A stretch of 32,000 nucleotides of DNA, taken from positions 1,890,001 through 1,922,000 of the forward strand of contig NZ_LT906458.1 in NCBI RefSeq assembly GCF_900187275.1. The letters run 5' to 3'. The position numbers and the translations under genes were made by a program. Positions 17,014-26,003 of the stretch are shown piece by piece; the stretch's first letter is position 1, and every line of letters begins with the position of its first letter. This stretch comes from Pasteurella multocida (GTDB lineage Bacteria; Pseudomonadota; Gammaproteobacteria; Enterobacterales; Pasteurellaceae). The notes beneath the pieces are model-generated. The model made no database searches. It was not told where the DNA came from and worked only from the letters and a program-made list of their open reading frames with translations.

Positions 17014-17973
17014 TTATTTGATAAAAAATCGTCCTTTTAAGACCAAATAGCCCGTGTTCAACAACATCAGACCAATACTGAAATTCGCGAAAATAAACAG
17101 CGCTAAGCTTAACGTGGCTAACAAATTATCGGCAGTATTTTGATAAAAGAGTAATGCCACTTTTGCCATGGAGGCTAAACCAAAGGAGAATGCCCACATG
17201 GCAGGCGTAAAGCCGTTAACAAAAATCCAAGGCAGTAAGCGGATTAAAAATAGCAGCTGTAACACACCGTAACCTAGTAACATTAGCGCGAACAGGTCGA
17301 GTTTTCCCCCATTTAAAGTTAAATAGGCTGAACAACCTACAAACGCAGGGGCAAGTTGGATCCCTATCATGGGGCGCAACGGTTCGGGGACGGGCTGTAA
17401 TGTACGTAAACGTTGTAATACTATCGGCTCTAATACTAGCCAAGAAAAAAAGCCGGCGCCTAAAAACACCATGCCTAATTCGCTGTAACCGAGCACGCCA
17501 AGTGCGGTGGCACTGACAAAATTGGTTGCAACTGTCGGGAGATAAATGGCAGGAAGTGTCATTTCTGCTTGATGAATGCCGCGCCACATCGCGGGAATAT
17601 AGTAGGTAGCAAAGGCTAACTGTATCGTAATACCTAGGCTGATGAGTACAATCCCGAATAGCATGTTATAAGGAACAAGCCCAATACCGATTAAGATCGT
17701 TGTAATGGGAATGAGGCTGACAAAATTGCCTAACAGCGGATGTTGTAAATCGGCTTTCAATTGCTGATGTGATTTAAACCATTTGTAAGCGTAGGCACCA
17801 ATAAACGCGAGCCAAATCATGGCAGAAACAGCGAAAAGGCTTTCGCTCACGAGGGTAGCGCCTTCACACAGAGGGGTGGCGTAACGCCAAGCGAGGCTTA
17901 ATGCCGATAACCCAAGGATTATCCCAAAATAGTTTATCGGTAGTGGAAACGGTTTTGATTTTTGTTCTATCAT
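17014..17973 (-). CDS. tehA: TehA, SLAC1-family anion channel (tellurite-resistance/C4-dicarboxylate transporter family)
   Basis: 319 aa with 10 predicted helices. It is co-linear with H. influenzae TehA as I recall it (KPFPLP.NYFGI.LGLSALSLAW, YLPTVATNFVSA, IQLAPAFVGCSAYL, LLPWIFVNGF, MWAFSFGLASMA). Its start overlaps the upstream gene's stop (ATGA). Confidence 0.93.
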   Translation of the reverse strand: MIEQKSKPFPLPINYFGIILGLSALSLAWRYATPLCEGATLVSESLFAVSAMIWLAFIGAYAYKWFKSHQQLKADLQHPLLGNFVSLIPITTILIGIGLVPYNMLFGIVLISLGITIQLAFATYYIPAMWRGIHQAEMTLPAIYLPTVATNFVSATALGVLGYSELGMVFLGAGFFSWLVLEPIVLQRLRTLQPVPEPLRPMIGIQLAPAFVGCSAYLTLNGGKLDLFALMLLGYGVLQLLFLIRLLPWIFVNGFTPAMWAFSFGLASMAKVALLFYQNTADNLLATLSLALFIFANFSIGLMLLNTGYLVLKGRFFIK

Positions 17974-18281
17974 TTTTGTGGCACTAATTGGTAATGCAGA
18001 TCCTGCTCGATAATCTGGAAGAGTAAATCAATGTTTGGGTGTTTGCCGGGATGTTGTTTAGCATCTTCGCTATGCTCAGCAAATAATTGTATGCCTTGTT
18101 GCGCAGAGGTGCGGTCGAGTCTGCCGTGGAAGGCTTCGGCAAGTGCATTATAGACACGTAAAGAGCCTAATTTGCCCGCAATCGCAGGAATGTAATGGAT
18201 TTGTGTTTCACCGTCCATGATAGCAAGCCCAACTAAGTCTTCAATTGGTGGCAAGGTATTTAATAGCGTATTGAAATTCAT
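17970..18281 (-). CDS. Small conserved cytoplasmic protein of unknown function, translationally coupled to tehA
   Basis: 103-aa ORF with GGAG 6 nt upstream of ATG 18281, 12 nt after the murB stop. Its TGA overlaps the tehA ATG. It has no signal peptide, TM segment or motif I recognise. It possibly belongs to the DUF2322 family, but that is recalled from memory and unverified. Confidence 0.75.
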   Translation of the reverse strand: MNFNTLLNTLPPIEDLVGLAIMDGETQIHYIPAIAGKLGSLRVYNALAEAFHGRLDRTSAQQGIQLFAEHSEDAKQHPGKHPNIDLLFQIIEQDLHYQLVPQK

Positions 18282-18293
18282 CTGATGGCTCCT

Positions 18294-19319
18294 TTAACAA
18301 ATGGCTTGTTCACTATCCACTTCACCGTCTTCGTCAATAAAGCGAACTTCTGGTTGTAACCAGACAGCAAAGCGTTGAGCGACTTTTTGGCGAATGTGGT
18401 GTGCTAACTCTACCACGTCACTACTCGTTGCATCCTGTTGGTTGATCAGAACCAGCGCTTGTTGCTGGTGGACTGCAGCACCACCCAGTTGATACCCTTT
18501 CAAGCCACATTGATCAATGAGCCAACCTGCGGCTAATTTGACACGTCCGTCAGCTTGCGGAAAATGCGGTATGTCAGGATATTCTTGCTGTAAGTGATCA
18601 AAATCCACTTTACTAATGACTGGATTTTTGAAGAAACTACCGGCATTGCCGAATTCTGCTGGGTCAGGTAATTTACTACGTCGTATCGCACACACTTCGT
18701 CAAAAATTTGCTGGGCATTGACCGCACTTTTCTCCAAATTAGCCAGTGACCCATATTTTAAAACGGGTATCCAGTTTTTGCTGAGTTTCAAACCTACGGC
18801 AATGATTACATAGCCCGTGGCATAGGCGTGTTTAAAAATGCTGTCGCGATAACCAAATTGGCATTGTTCATTGCTAAGGCGAAAGATTTCATTCGTGTGT
18901 AAGTTGAGTACTTCCACATAGTCACACACATCTTTAAATTCCACACCATAAGCCCCGATGTTTTGGATTGGTGCTGAACCTGCACAACCCGGAATCAGTG
19001 CGAGATTTTCGAGCCCAAAGATGCCTTGCTGTATTGACCTCGCGACCAATTGATGCCAATTTTCTCCTCCATTGACATGTAAATAATGAAAATCAGCATC
19101 TTGTGTATGTTGAATGCCCATTAAGCGATTAAGCAAGACAACACCTTGAAAATCGCGTAAGAAAAGGACATTACTGCCTTGACCTAACAATAACACCGGT
19201 AGTTTATTGGTCTGACATGCAGCCCATTGTTGTTTCAGTTGCTCAATATCGGTAATTTCAATGATTTTCTGTGCTTGTACGGGCAGAGAAAAAGTATGAA
19301 AGGGTTGGAGATTTTGCAT
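18294..19319 (-). CDS. murB: UDP-N-acetylenolpyruvoylglucosamine reductase
   Basis: 341 aa. N-terminus [19 protein letters not shown]-binding segment [11 protein letters not shown], and the [27 protein letters not shown] and AGSFFKNP motifs of MurB. Confidence 0.95.
   Translation of the reverse strand: MQNLQPFHTFSLPVQAQKIIEITDIEQLKQQWAACQTNKLPVLLLGQGSNVLFLRDFQGVVLLNRLMGIQHTQDADFHYLHVNGGENWHQLVARSIQQGIFGLENLALIPGCAGSAPIQNIGAYGVEFKDVCDYVEVLNLHTNEIFRLSNEQCQFGYRDSIFKHAYATGYVIIAVGLKLSKNWIPVLKYGSLANLEKSAVNAQQIFDEVCAIRRSKLPDPAEFGNAGSFFKNPVISKVDFDHLQQEYPDIPHFPQADGRVKLAAGWLIDQCGLKGYQLGGAAVHQQQALVLINQQDATSSDVVELAHHIRQKVAQRFAVWLQPEVRFIDEDGEVDSEQAIC
18721..18729 (-). repeat. USS core (ACCGCACTT on + strand) inside murB
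   Basis: Exact 9-mer match. Confidence 0.9.
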
Positions 19320-19322
19320 AGG

Positions 19323-19946
19323 TTATCCTTTATGGTTTCCTCTGATGATTTTTGTTTCGTTATTGACCAATATTGCTTGGTGATTGTCAATGGGTTGTAA
19401 CGGCAATGTCGTAGAATAAGTGTCAATGATCTTTTGTGCCGCCTCGACAAAAGGAAAATTGGTATAGTGTGGTACAACGTAAAAATCGACTAAATTAAGT
19501 GCTGTAAAATCGCGTAACATCGGTGCTTGGTCTAGGCTATCCATGTATTTGACGTAGTCGATATTGGGCGCGGTAATCATGGCACCTGCGGATTCGCCGA
19601 TATACATTTTGCCAGCTTGAATGTGTTGTTGAATGAGCTGTGCTGCCCCTGTGCGTGTTAATTCCTGCAGTAAAAAGAAGGTATTACCGCCACTGACATA
19701 GATCATCTCGTTTTTGGCTAATTTATCCGTGATTTCGGAAAGGCTTGCTGTCGAGAGATCAAGTTCATCAATGAACGCACCTTGTTGTAAGAAGGCATTT
19801 CTTGCATCATTAACATAAAACCTAACCTCTTCGACTTTGCTCGCTGTGGGAATAAACGTGATGCTTTTATTTTGGATATTACCCGCAAAATCAAGAAAGA
19901 GATCGAAGACATCAGCAAAAGAAGAGGCTAAAAATAATTTCTTCAT
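19323..19946 (-). CDS. Peptidase S51 (PepE/dipeptidase E-like, class-I glutamine-amidotransferase-like fold) family protein
   Basis: 207 aa with family landmarks ITFIPTAS, IYVSGGNTFFLL, the nucleophile elbow YIGESAGAMI and a downstream VVPHY. Its ATG overlaps the narQ TGA (ATGA), and its stop is 3 nt before the murB ATG. Confidence 0.8.
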   Translation of the reverse strand: MKKLFLASSFADVFDLFLDFAGNIQNKSITFIPTASKVEEVRFYVNDARNAFLQQGAFIDELDLSTASLSEITDKLAKNEMIYVSGGNTFFLLQELTRTGAAQLIQQHIQAGKMYIGESAGAMITAPNIDYVKYMDSLDQAPMLRDFTALNLVDFYVVPHYTNFPFVEAAQKIIDTYSTTLPLQPIDNHQAILVNNETKIIRGNHKG

Positions 19947-21649
19947 GTCAGATTCCTATTTTGATGTAATGTCAGTTTGATTTCAGTTCCCCCAGACGGG
20001 CGGTTTGCAATGCGTAAATGTGCATTAAGTTGTGTAGCATGTTCGTGCATGATATTTAAACCATAATGCCCTTCTGGTTCTTCTAAACTGGGGATACCAA
20101 TCCCATCGTCGCGCACAATAAACTCATATTCACCGTCTTCATTGATGTGAGCGATGACCTCGATCCTGTTGCCTTTTGAATGCTTAATCGCATTTAAGAC
20201 CGATTCACGTACGATCTGTAAAATGTGGACTAATTGTTTTGCATTAAAACTTTGTGCGGGCAGTGAACATTGCACGCACATTTGAATGTCGGTTTGATTT
20301 CGTAAAGAGTCAACCACTTGCTCGAGTGCTAATTTCAAATTGGCTTCTTGTACGGTCAAACGGAAAGTGGCTAACAATTCGCGCAGTTGCACATAGCCAT
20401 CACGCAAGGCTTGTTCAAAACTGGCAATAATATTGATGCTTTGTTGAGCCGCTTCTTCACTTTTTTGATTGATGTTATGTTTGAGCAACGTTAGCTGAAT
20501 TTGCAAAAATGCTAACACTTGCGCTAAAGAATCGTGCAATTCCCGTGCAATGATGGCGCGTTCCTCCATTAACAGTAATTGTTGTTGTTGACGTTGAGTT
20601 TTATGGAAATACAGAGTACGGCTTAAAATCTGTGCAATATTGCGCATGGTCCGTGGGTCAGGACAGGGAAATCCAGCTTGCCAATACAGCACTGCCAGTT
20701 TTTCGTCTTCAATTTGTAATGTCACTTCTTGGCAATCTTGATTGGCTTGTTTTTGCCCAAAACGGATATTCCAGTGCTCAGCCCCTTCGACCACTAATGC
20801 CATATAACGTAGATGCTCGCTAATAAAGATATTTTTTAACACGTGCTGCAAGATGCTTTCATCCACATTCGTGGTAGTAAGCTGTTGCGAACTTTCATAC
20901 AGCATAGTTAAAGAGCGGTTTGTTTGACGTAACTTTTGGGTTTTTTCATTCACGCTCTCTTCTAATGAGGAATACAGCTTTTCCAGTTCACTCGACATTT
21001 GGCTAAACGCCCGGGCTAAGTTACCCAATTCATCTTCTTTTTGTGTATCGACTTTGACATGGCTAAATTGGCGCATTTGCACTTGAATACTGGCTTGCGT
21101 GAGTTGTTTAAGGGGCATAACGACTTCTTTACGCGCATACCACACCACATAAGCCACCATCGCAATAATCGGCAGCATGGATAATGACATGATCAAGACC
21201 GCGATAATCCACTTCTTTTCCGCAAAGCGTTGTAGGGTAAAGACAAATTGATCGACTTGTGCCACATAATCTGCAATTTCGTTTTTATAGGCGTTGATTT
21301 CACGTTGTTTCGCATAGCGCTCCATGCGTTCCCAGCGCTTGATCAGCTGGTGGTAGGACTGTTTGACTTCGTCAGGAACAAACCATTGATCAATTTCCAG
21401 TAGGGCGGGGGAATGTAAGCTGATGCGATATTGGCGTAAACCGGTTTCGACCAGTTCGGGATGATGTTCCAGCTCATGTAATAAACGATAGCTTTGCATA
21501 CGTAATGAACCGGACACGTTAATGGATTCGGCATCAGATTTATTGCTAGCCATGATCATCAAGCTGAGACTCGTAATGACGCCCGCAAAAATCATGATGA
21601 TAAAGAGGTAATTTGCGATTTTAGTAGAAACAGAGTGCTTGATTTTCAC
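19943..21649 (-). CDS. narQ: Nitrate/nitrite sensor histidine kinase
   Basis: 568 aa: two TM helices flank a periplasmic domain with the NarX/NarQ P-box (SINVSGSLRMQSYRL), followed by a HAMP domain, the H-box ARELHDSLAQ and an ATPase domain (DDGIGI, GHYGLNIM). The start codon is GTG (21649) with AAGGGA upstream. Confidence 0.92.
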   Translation of the reverse strand: MKIKHSVSTKIANYLFIIMIFAGVITSLSLMIMASNKSDAESINVSGSLRMQSYRLLHELEHHPELVETGLRQYRISLHSPALLEIDQWFVPDEVKQSYHQLIKRWERMERYAKQREINAYKNEIADYVAQVDQFVFTLQRFAEKKWIIAVLIMSLSMLPIIAMVAYVVWYARKEVVMPLKQLTQASIQVQMRQFSHVKVDTQKEDELGNLARAFSQMSSELEKLYSSLEESVNEKTQKLRQTNRSLTMLYESSQQLTTTNVDESILQHVLKNIFISEHLRYMALVVEGAEHWNIRFGQKQANQDCQEVTLQIEDEKLAVLYWQAGFPCPDPRTMRNIAQILSRTLYFHKTQRQQQQLLLMEERAIIARELHDSLAQVLAFLQIQLTLLKHNINQKSEEAAQQSINIIASFEQALRDGYVQLRELLATFRLTVQEANLKLALEQVVDSLRNQTDIQMCVQCSLPAQSFNAKQLVHILQIVRESVLNAIKHSKGNRIEVIAHINEDGEYEFIVRDDGIGIPSLEEPEGHYGLNIMHEHATQLNAHLRIANRPSGGTEIKLTLHQNRNLT

Positions 21650-21725
21650 GGCGTCCCTTTTCAGCTTGGAAATAACTTAGCTAGTGTAGCAAAAAAACCG
21701 CTATTTTTTTACTGATAAATAAAAA

Positions 21726-21739
21726 TTGATCTAGCACAA
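21726..21739. promoter_or_regulatory. FNR-like half-consensus site in the narQ/napF intergenic region
   Basis: TTGATctagCACAA versus the FNR consensus TTGAT-N4-ATCAA: the left half is perfect and the right half matches 3/5. Its position relative to a start site is unknown. Confidence 0.35.
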
Positions 21740-21763
21740 GAAAAAGCGGATTTCCTGTTTAAA

Positions 21764-21778
21764 TACTCAATTTGGGTA
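21764..21778. promoter_or_regulatory. 15-bp imperfect palindrome resembling paired NarL/NarP heptamers
   Basis: TACTCAA-t-TTGGGTA. Each half matches the heptamer TACYYMT at 6/7 positions, but the spacer is 1 bp rather than the canonical 2 bp. It is centred about 43 nt upstream of a start site implied by CATAAT at 21802-21807. Confidence 0.3.
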
Positions 21779-21844
21779 GTATGAATTTTGACCTCTCTCT
21801 CCATAATGGCAGATCTAAAGAAAGGCAAATTGAAGGAATCGCGC

Positions 21845-22384
21845 ATGACTGTTGAAAACGTATCTCGTCGCCATTTTCTGCGCGGGCAGTTTTTAACTTC
21901 TTTACAGTCAGAAAAAGTCAAAATCCAAGGTTTTCAGGGGATTCGCCCTCCTTGGAGTGTTGATGAGCAGCGCTTTATCCAAGATTGTGATCGCTGTGGC
22001 GATTGTATTGCTGTCTGTGAAACACAAATTCTTATCAAAGGAGAAGGTGGTTTTCCAGAAGTGCAATTTCGTCATGGTGAATGCACCTTTTGCCATAAAT
22101 GCGTGGATGTTTGTCAGCAACCGGTGTTTAGACCACTCAGTGAACTGGCTTGGACACATAAAGTTGCAATTAACAAGCAATGTTTAACATCAAAAGCCGT
22201 AGAGTGTCGAAGCTGTGAAGACAGTTGTGAAATGCGTGCGATTTATTTTAAACGCCAACTTGGCGGCATTTCACAACCCCTATTAGCGTTAGAAAACTGT
22301 AATGGCTGTGGCGCCTGTTTACGCAGTTGTCCGGTGTCAGCGATTACCTTGTCATTGGGACAACAACATCAAGTAGAAAAATAA
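21845..22384 (+). CDS. napF: Ferredoxin-type protein NapF (cytoplasmic iron-sulfur protein)
   Basis: Start set at ATG 21845 (MTVENVSRRHFLRGQF, aligned with the E. coli NapF N-terminus). There are several CxxCxxCxxxC(P) clusters (CDRCGDCIAVC, CTFCHKCVDVC, CRSCEDSC, CNGCGACLRSCP). It is the first gene of the nap operon. Confidence 0.9.
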   Translation: MTVENVSRRHFLRGQFLTSLQSEKVKIQGFQGIRPPWSVDEQRFIQDCDRCGDCIAVCETQILIKGEGGFPEVQFRHGECTFCHKCVDVCQQPVFRPLSELAWTHKVAINKQCLTSKAVECRSCEDSCEMRAIYFKRQLGGISQPLLALENCNGCGACLRSCPVSAITLSLGQQHQVEK

Positions 22385-22660
22385 ATGACTGAACAAATCA
22401 CAATGGAAAATGCGAAAAATTGGCATGTCTGTGGGCTTGTGATTCAAGGGAATCCCCAAAAATTAGAAGCAATTCAGACCGCACTTTTAGCAATACCGTA
22501 TACGGAAATTCCTGCATTGGACGCGGAAACCGGTAAGCTTGTTGTGGTGATGCAATCGCACGATCAACATCTTTTACATCAACAAATGGAAGCGACACGC
22601 GATATTGACGGCGTCATTGACGTGTCCTTGGTTTACCATCAACAAGACGAAAACGAATAA
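22385..22660 (+). CDS. napD: NapD, NapA signal-peptide-binding chaperone
   Basis: 91 aa with WHVCGLVIQ at the N-terminus and VSLVYHQQDE at the C-terminus, as in E. coli NapD. The ATG directly abuts the napF TAA. Confidence 0.9.
   Translation: MTEQITMENAKNWHVCGLVIQGNPQKLEAIQTALLAIPYTEIPALDAETGKLVVVMQSHDQHLLHQQMEATRDIDGVIDVSLVYHQQDENE
22478..22486 (-). repeat. USS core (ACCGCACTT on + strand) inside napD
   Basis: Exact 9-mer match. Confidence 0.9.
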
Positions 22661-22694
22661 AACATCACATAATTCAATATAGTGGGGGAACGCT

Positions 22695-25187
22695 ATGAAG
22701 ATGAATTTAAGTCGTCGTGACTTTATGAAAACCAATGCGGCGGTTGCAGCTGCGGCGGTTGCTGGCTTGGCTATTCCAGTTAAGAATGTGGAAGCGTCGC
22801 CAGATAAAATTATTAAATGGGATAAAGCGCCTTGCCGTTTCTGTGGTACGGGTTGTAGCGTGTTAGTGGGGACACAAAATGGACGCGTTGTTGCTTCGCA
22901 AGGAGATCCTGATGCGGATGTGAACCGTGGGTTGAACTGTATTAAAGGTTATTTCTTACCAAAAATCATGTACGGTAAAGACCGCTTAACTTCTCCGATG
23001 TTACGGATGACAAACGGTAAGTTTGATAAACACGGCGAATTTACTCCGGTGTCTTGGGATCAAGCCTTTACGATCATGGCAGAAAAATTCAAAAAAGCCT
23101 TGAAAGAAAAAGGACCAAATGGGGCAGGCATGTTCACTTCTGGACAATCTACCATTTTTGAAGGGATTGCCAAATCCAAATTGTTTAAAGCGGGACTCCG
23201 TTCAAATAATATTGACCCGAATGCACGCCATTGTATGGCATCAGCAGCGGTTGCCTTTATGCGTACTTTTGGTATGGATGAGCCAATGGGGTGTTATGAT
23301 GACATCGAAAAGGCCGATGCATTTGTGTTGTGGGGATCAAATATGGCAGAAATGCACCCGATTTTGTGGTCGCGTATTTCGGATCGCCGTTTATCTCATC
23401 CAGATGTGAAAGTCGCTGTCTTATCTACTTTTGAGCACCGTTCTTTTGAATTAGCTGATTTGGGTGTCATTTTTACGCCACAATCTGATTTGGCGATCAT
23501 GAACTACATTGCCAATTACCTGATTCAACATGATGCGATTGATCATGACTTTATTCAAAAACACACCAAATTCAAGCGTGGTGAAACAGATATCGGTTAT
23601 GGCTTGCGTGAAACCCACGAATTAGAAAAAGCGGCGAAAAACGTGAAAACTGCGGGCAAAATGCACGACAGTGATTTCGAAGAATATAAAAAATTAGTCG
23701 CACCATACACCTTAGAAAAAGCCCATGAAATTTCAGGGGTACCGAAAGAACAACTTGAAGCACTGGCTAAGATGTATGCCGATCCAAAACTGAATATCGT
23801 GTCTTTCTGGACCATGGGTTTCAACCAACATACACGTGGTGTGTGGGCAAACCACTTAATCTATAACATTCATTTATTAACCGGCAAAATCTCTAAACCA
23901 GGGTGTGGACCGTTCTCGCTAACGGGTCAACCTTCTGCCTGCGGTACCGCGCGTGAGGTCGGCACCTTTGCACACCGTTTACCCGCAGATTTGGTAGTCA
24001 CTAATCCTAAACACGTTGAAAAAGCCGAGAAACTGTGGAAGTTGCCAAAAGGCGTGATTCAAACTCAAGTAGGTTATCACGCGGTAGCACAAGACCGTGC
24101 GTTAAAAGATAAGAAAATGAATGTGTTATGGCAAATGTGTACCAATAACATGCAAGGCGGTCCAAACATCAACCAAGAGCGTTTCCCGGGTTGGCGTGAC
24201 GAAGAAAACTTTGTGATTGTATCTGATCCTTATCCAACGGTTTCTGCTCTTGCTGCTGACTTAATTTTACCGACAGCGATGTGGGTAGAAAAAGAAGGAG
24301 CTTATGGTAACGCAGAGCGCCGTACGCAATTCTGGTATCAACAAGTCAAAGCACCGGGTGAGTCAAAATCGGACGTGTGGCAATTAGTGGAGTTTTCTAA
24401 ATATTTCACTACCGATGAAATGTGGCCAGCGGAAGTACTTGCGGCGAACCCTGAATATAAAGGTAAAACCTTGTATGAAGTGTTATTCCGTAATGGTCAA
24501 GTGGATAAATTCCAAGTACCAACGGATAAACCAGGTTACATGAATGATGAAGCAGAACACTTTGGCTTCTATTTACAAAAAGGCTTGTTTGAAGAGTATG
24601 CCGTGTTTGGTCGCGGACATGGTCATGATTTAGCAGACTTTGAAACTTACCATAAAGCACGTGGCTTACGCTGGCCAGTGGTGGATGGCAAAGAAACCTT
24701 ATGGCGTTATCGTGAAGGTTATGACCCTTACGTCAAAGAAGGCGAAGGGGTGGCGTTCTATGGCTATCCAGACAAAAAAGCAATTATTCTTGCCGTTCCT
24801 TATGAGCCACCAGCAGAAGCACCGAATGCGGAATATGACTTGTGGTTAACGACGGGGCGGGTCTTAGAACATTGGCATACGGGTACGATGACACGCCGTG
24901 TCCCAGAGCTCCATCGCTCCTTCCCAAATAACTTGGTTTGGATGCACCCATTAGATGCGAAAAAACGTGGTTTACGTCATGGCGATAAAGTGAAGATCAG
25001 CTCACGTCGTGGCGAAATGATTTCTCACTTAGATACCCGTGGACGTAATAAAGTCCCACAAGGCTTAGTTTACACCACTTTCTTTGATGCAGGTCAGTTA
25101 GCAAACTATCTCACTTTAGATGCGACAGACCCAATTTCAAAAGAAACGGACTTCAAAAAATGTGCGGTCAAAGTGGAAAAAGCGTAA
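22695..25187 (+). CDS. napA: Periplasmic nitrate reductase catalytic subunit (molybdopterin, [4Fe-4S])
   Basis: 830 aa with a Tat signal (SRRDFMK...[12 protein letters not shown]) and the N-terminal cluster motif CRFCGTGC. It is co-linear with NapA throughout. GGGGGA RBS present. Confidence 0.97.
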   Translation: MKMNLSRRDFMKTNAAVAAAAVAGLAIPVKNVEASPDKIIKWDKAPCRFCGTGCSVLVGTQNGRVVASQGDPDADVNRGLNCIKGYFLPKIMYGKDRLTSPMLRMTNGKFDKHGEFTPVSWDQAFTIMAEKFKKALKEKGPNGAGMFTSGQSTIFEGIAKSKLFKAGLRSNNIDPNARHCMASAAVAFMRTFGMDEPMGCYDDIEKADAFVLWGSNMAEMHPILWSRISDRRLSHPDVKVAVLSTFEHRSFELADLGVIFTPQSDLAIMNYIANYLIQHDAIDHDFIQKHTKFKRGETDIGYGLRETHELEKAAKNVKTAGKMHDSDFEEYKKLVAPYTLEKAHEISGVPKEQLEALAKMYADPKLNIVSFWTMGFNQHTRGVWANHLIYNIHLLTGKISKPGCGPFSLTGQPSACGTAREVGTFAHRLPADLVVTNPKHVEKAEKLWKLPKGVIQTQVGYHAVAQDRALKDKKMNVLWQMCTNNMQGGPNINQERFPGWRDEENFVIVSDPYPTVSALAADLILPTAMWVEKEGAYGNAERRTQFWYQQVKAPGESKSDVWQLVEFSKYFTTDEMWPAEVLAANPEYKGKTLYEVLFRNGQVDKFQVPTDKPGYMNDEAEHFGFYLQKGLFEEYAVFGRGHGHDLADFETYHKARGLRWPVVDGKETLWRYREGYDPYVKEGEGVAFYGYPDKKAIILAVPYEPPAEAPNAEYDLWLTTGRVLEHWHTGTMTRRVPELHRSFPNNLVWMHPLDAKKRGLRHGDKVKISSRRGEMISHLDTRGRNKVPQGLVYTTFFDAGQLANYLTLDATDPISKETDFKKCAVKVEKA

Positions 25188-25210
25188 CACGTTAAATTTA
25201 ATGAGGAACG

Positions 25211-25239
25211 ACCGCACTTTGCTTTCAGTAAAGTGCGGT
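25211..25239. repeat. Inverted USS pair forming a hairpin between napA and napG
   Basis: accgcacttt (25211-25220) pairs with aaagtgcggt (25230-25239), a 10-bp perfect stem with a 9-nt loop. No T run follows. The napG RBS GGAAAG begins 2 nt after the stem. Confidence 0.85.
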
Positions 25240-25250
25240 TGGAAAGTCGA

Positions 25251-26003
25251 ATGAAAAAAACAGTTGTGAATCCTGAACGTCGTCGATTTTTTAAAGAGGC
25301 TACGCGCACTGCAGGCGGGTTGGCAGGGGTGACTTTGCTCCTTGGTTTGCAACAAAAGCAGAGTCTTGCGCGCGAAGGCGTGGCGTTACGCCCACCTTTT
25401 GCCCTTGAGAATGAGAAAGCGTTTTCTGCTGCGTGCATTCGTTGTGGTCAGTGTGTACAAGCCTGTCCACATGAGATGTTGCATCTTGCCTCACTGATTT
25501 CACCGATGGAAGCAGGTACACCGTATTTCATTGCGCGCGATAAGCCCTGTGAAATGTGTGTGGATATTCCTTGTGCAAAAGCCTGCCCAACCGGTGCATT
25601 GGATAATCAAGCAACAGAAATCGATGATGCGCGTATGGGGTTAGCTGTCCTGCTAGATCATGAAACTTGTCTGAACTGGCAAGGTTTACGCTGTGATGTG
25701 TGTTATCGCGTCTGTCCGCTGATTAATAAAGCGATTACGTTAGTGATGCATCGTAATGAGCGTACGGGTAAGCACGCCGTCTTTATCCCAACAGTGCATT
25801 CCGAAGCCTGTACAGGATGTGGCAAATGTGAAGAAGCTTGCGTTCTAGAAGAAGCGGCAATCAAAGTGTTACCGATGGCATTAGCGAAAGGCATGTTAGG
25901 TAAACATTACCGTTTAGGTTGGGAAGAGAAAGAAAAAGCCGGGCATTCCCTTGCGCCAGAAGGCATTATTTCTCTCCCGACTCGGTTACCGGAGAGCTTG
26001 TAA
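25251..26003 (+). CDS. napG: NapG, periplasmic ferredoxin-type subunit of the quinol dehydrogenase
   Basis: Start set at ATG 25251 ([17 protein letters not shown], Tat motif). It has four Cys clusters ([46 protein letters not shown]). Confidence 0.92.
   Translation: MKKTVVNPERRRFFKEATRTAGGLAGVTLLLGLQQKQSLAREGVALRPPFALENEKAFSAACIRCGQCVQACPHEMLHLASLISPMEAGTPYFIARDKPCEMCVDIPCAKACPTGALDNQATEIDDARMGLAVLLDHETCLNWQGLRCDVCYRVCPLINKAITLVMHRNERTGKHAVFIPTVHSEACTGCGKCEEACVLEEAAIKVLPMALAKGMLGKHYRLGWEEKEKAGHSLAPEGIISLPTRLPESL

Noticed and set aside
17216-17587. 123-aa minus-strand ORF inside tehA
   Set aside because: It is an out-of-frame overlap with tehA on the same strand, with an Arg/Cys-rich nonsense composition.
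21788-21844. 19-codon N-terminal extension of napF in the ORF track (also the ATG at 21806)
   Set aside because: Alignment to the E. coli NapF N-terminus (..SRR..L.G) and an AAGGAA RBS favour ATG 21845. The extension would overlap the predicted -10 region.
21709-21921. 70-aa minus-strand ORF across the narQ/napF control region
   Set aside because: It covers the promoter/operator region and the napF start. It has no RBS and no recognisable sequence.
25106-25521. Minus-strand ORFs of 72-110 aa across the napA/napG junction
   Set aside because: They are antisense to two strongly supported nap genes and to the USS hairpin.
25919-26002. 28-codon N-terminal extension of napH
   Set aside because: It overlaps the napG 3' end out of frame. 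ATG 26003 has a GGAGAG RBS, forms a TAATG junction and gives the normal NapH N-terminus.
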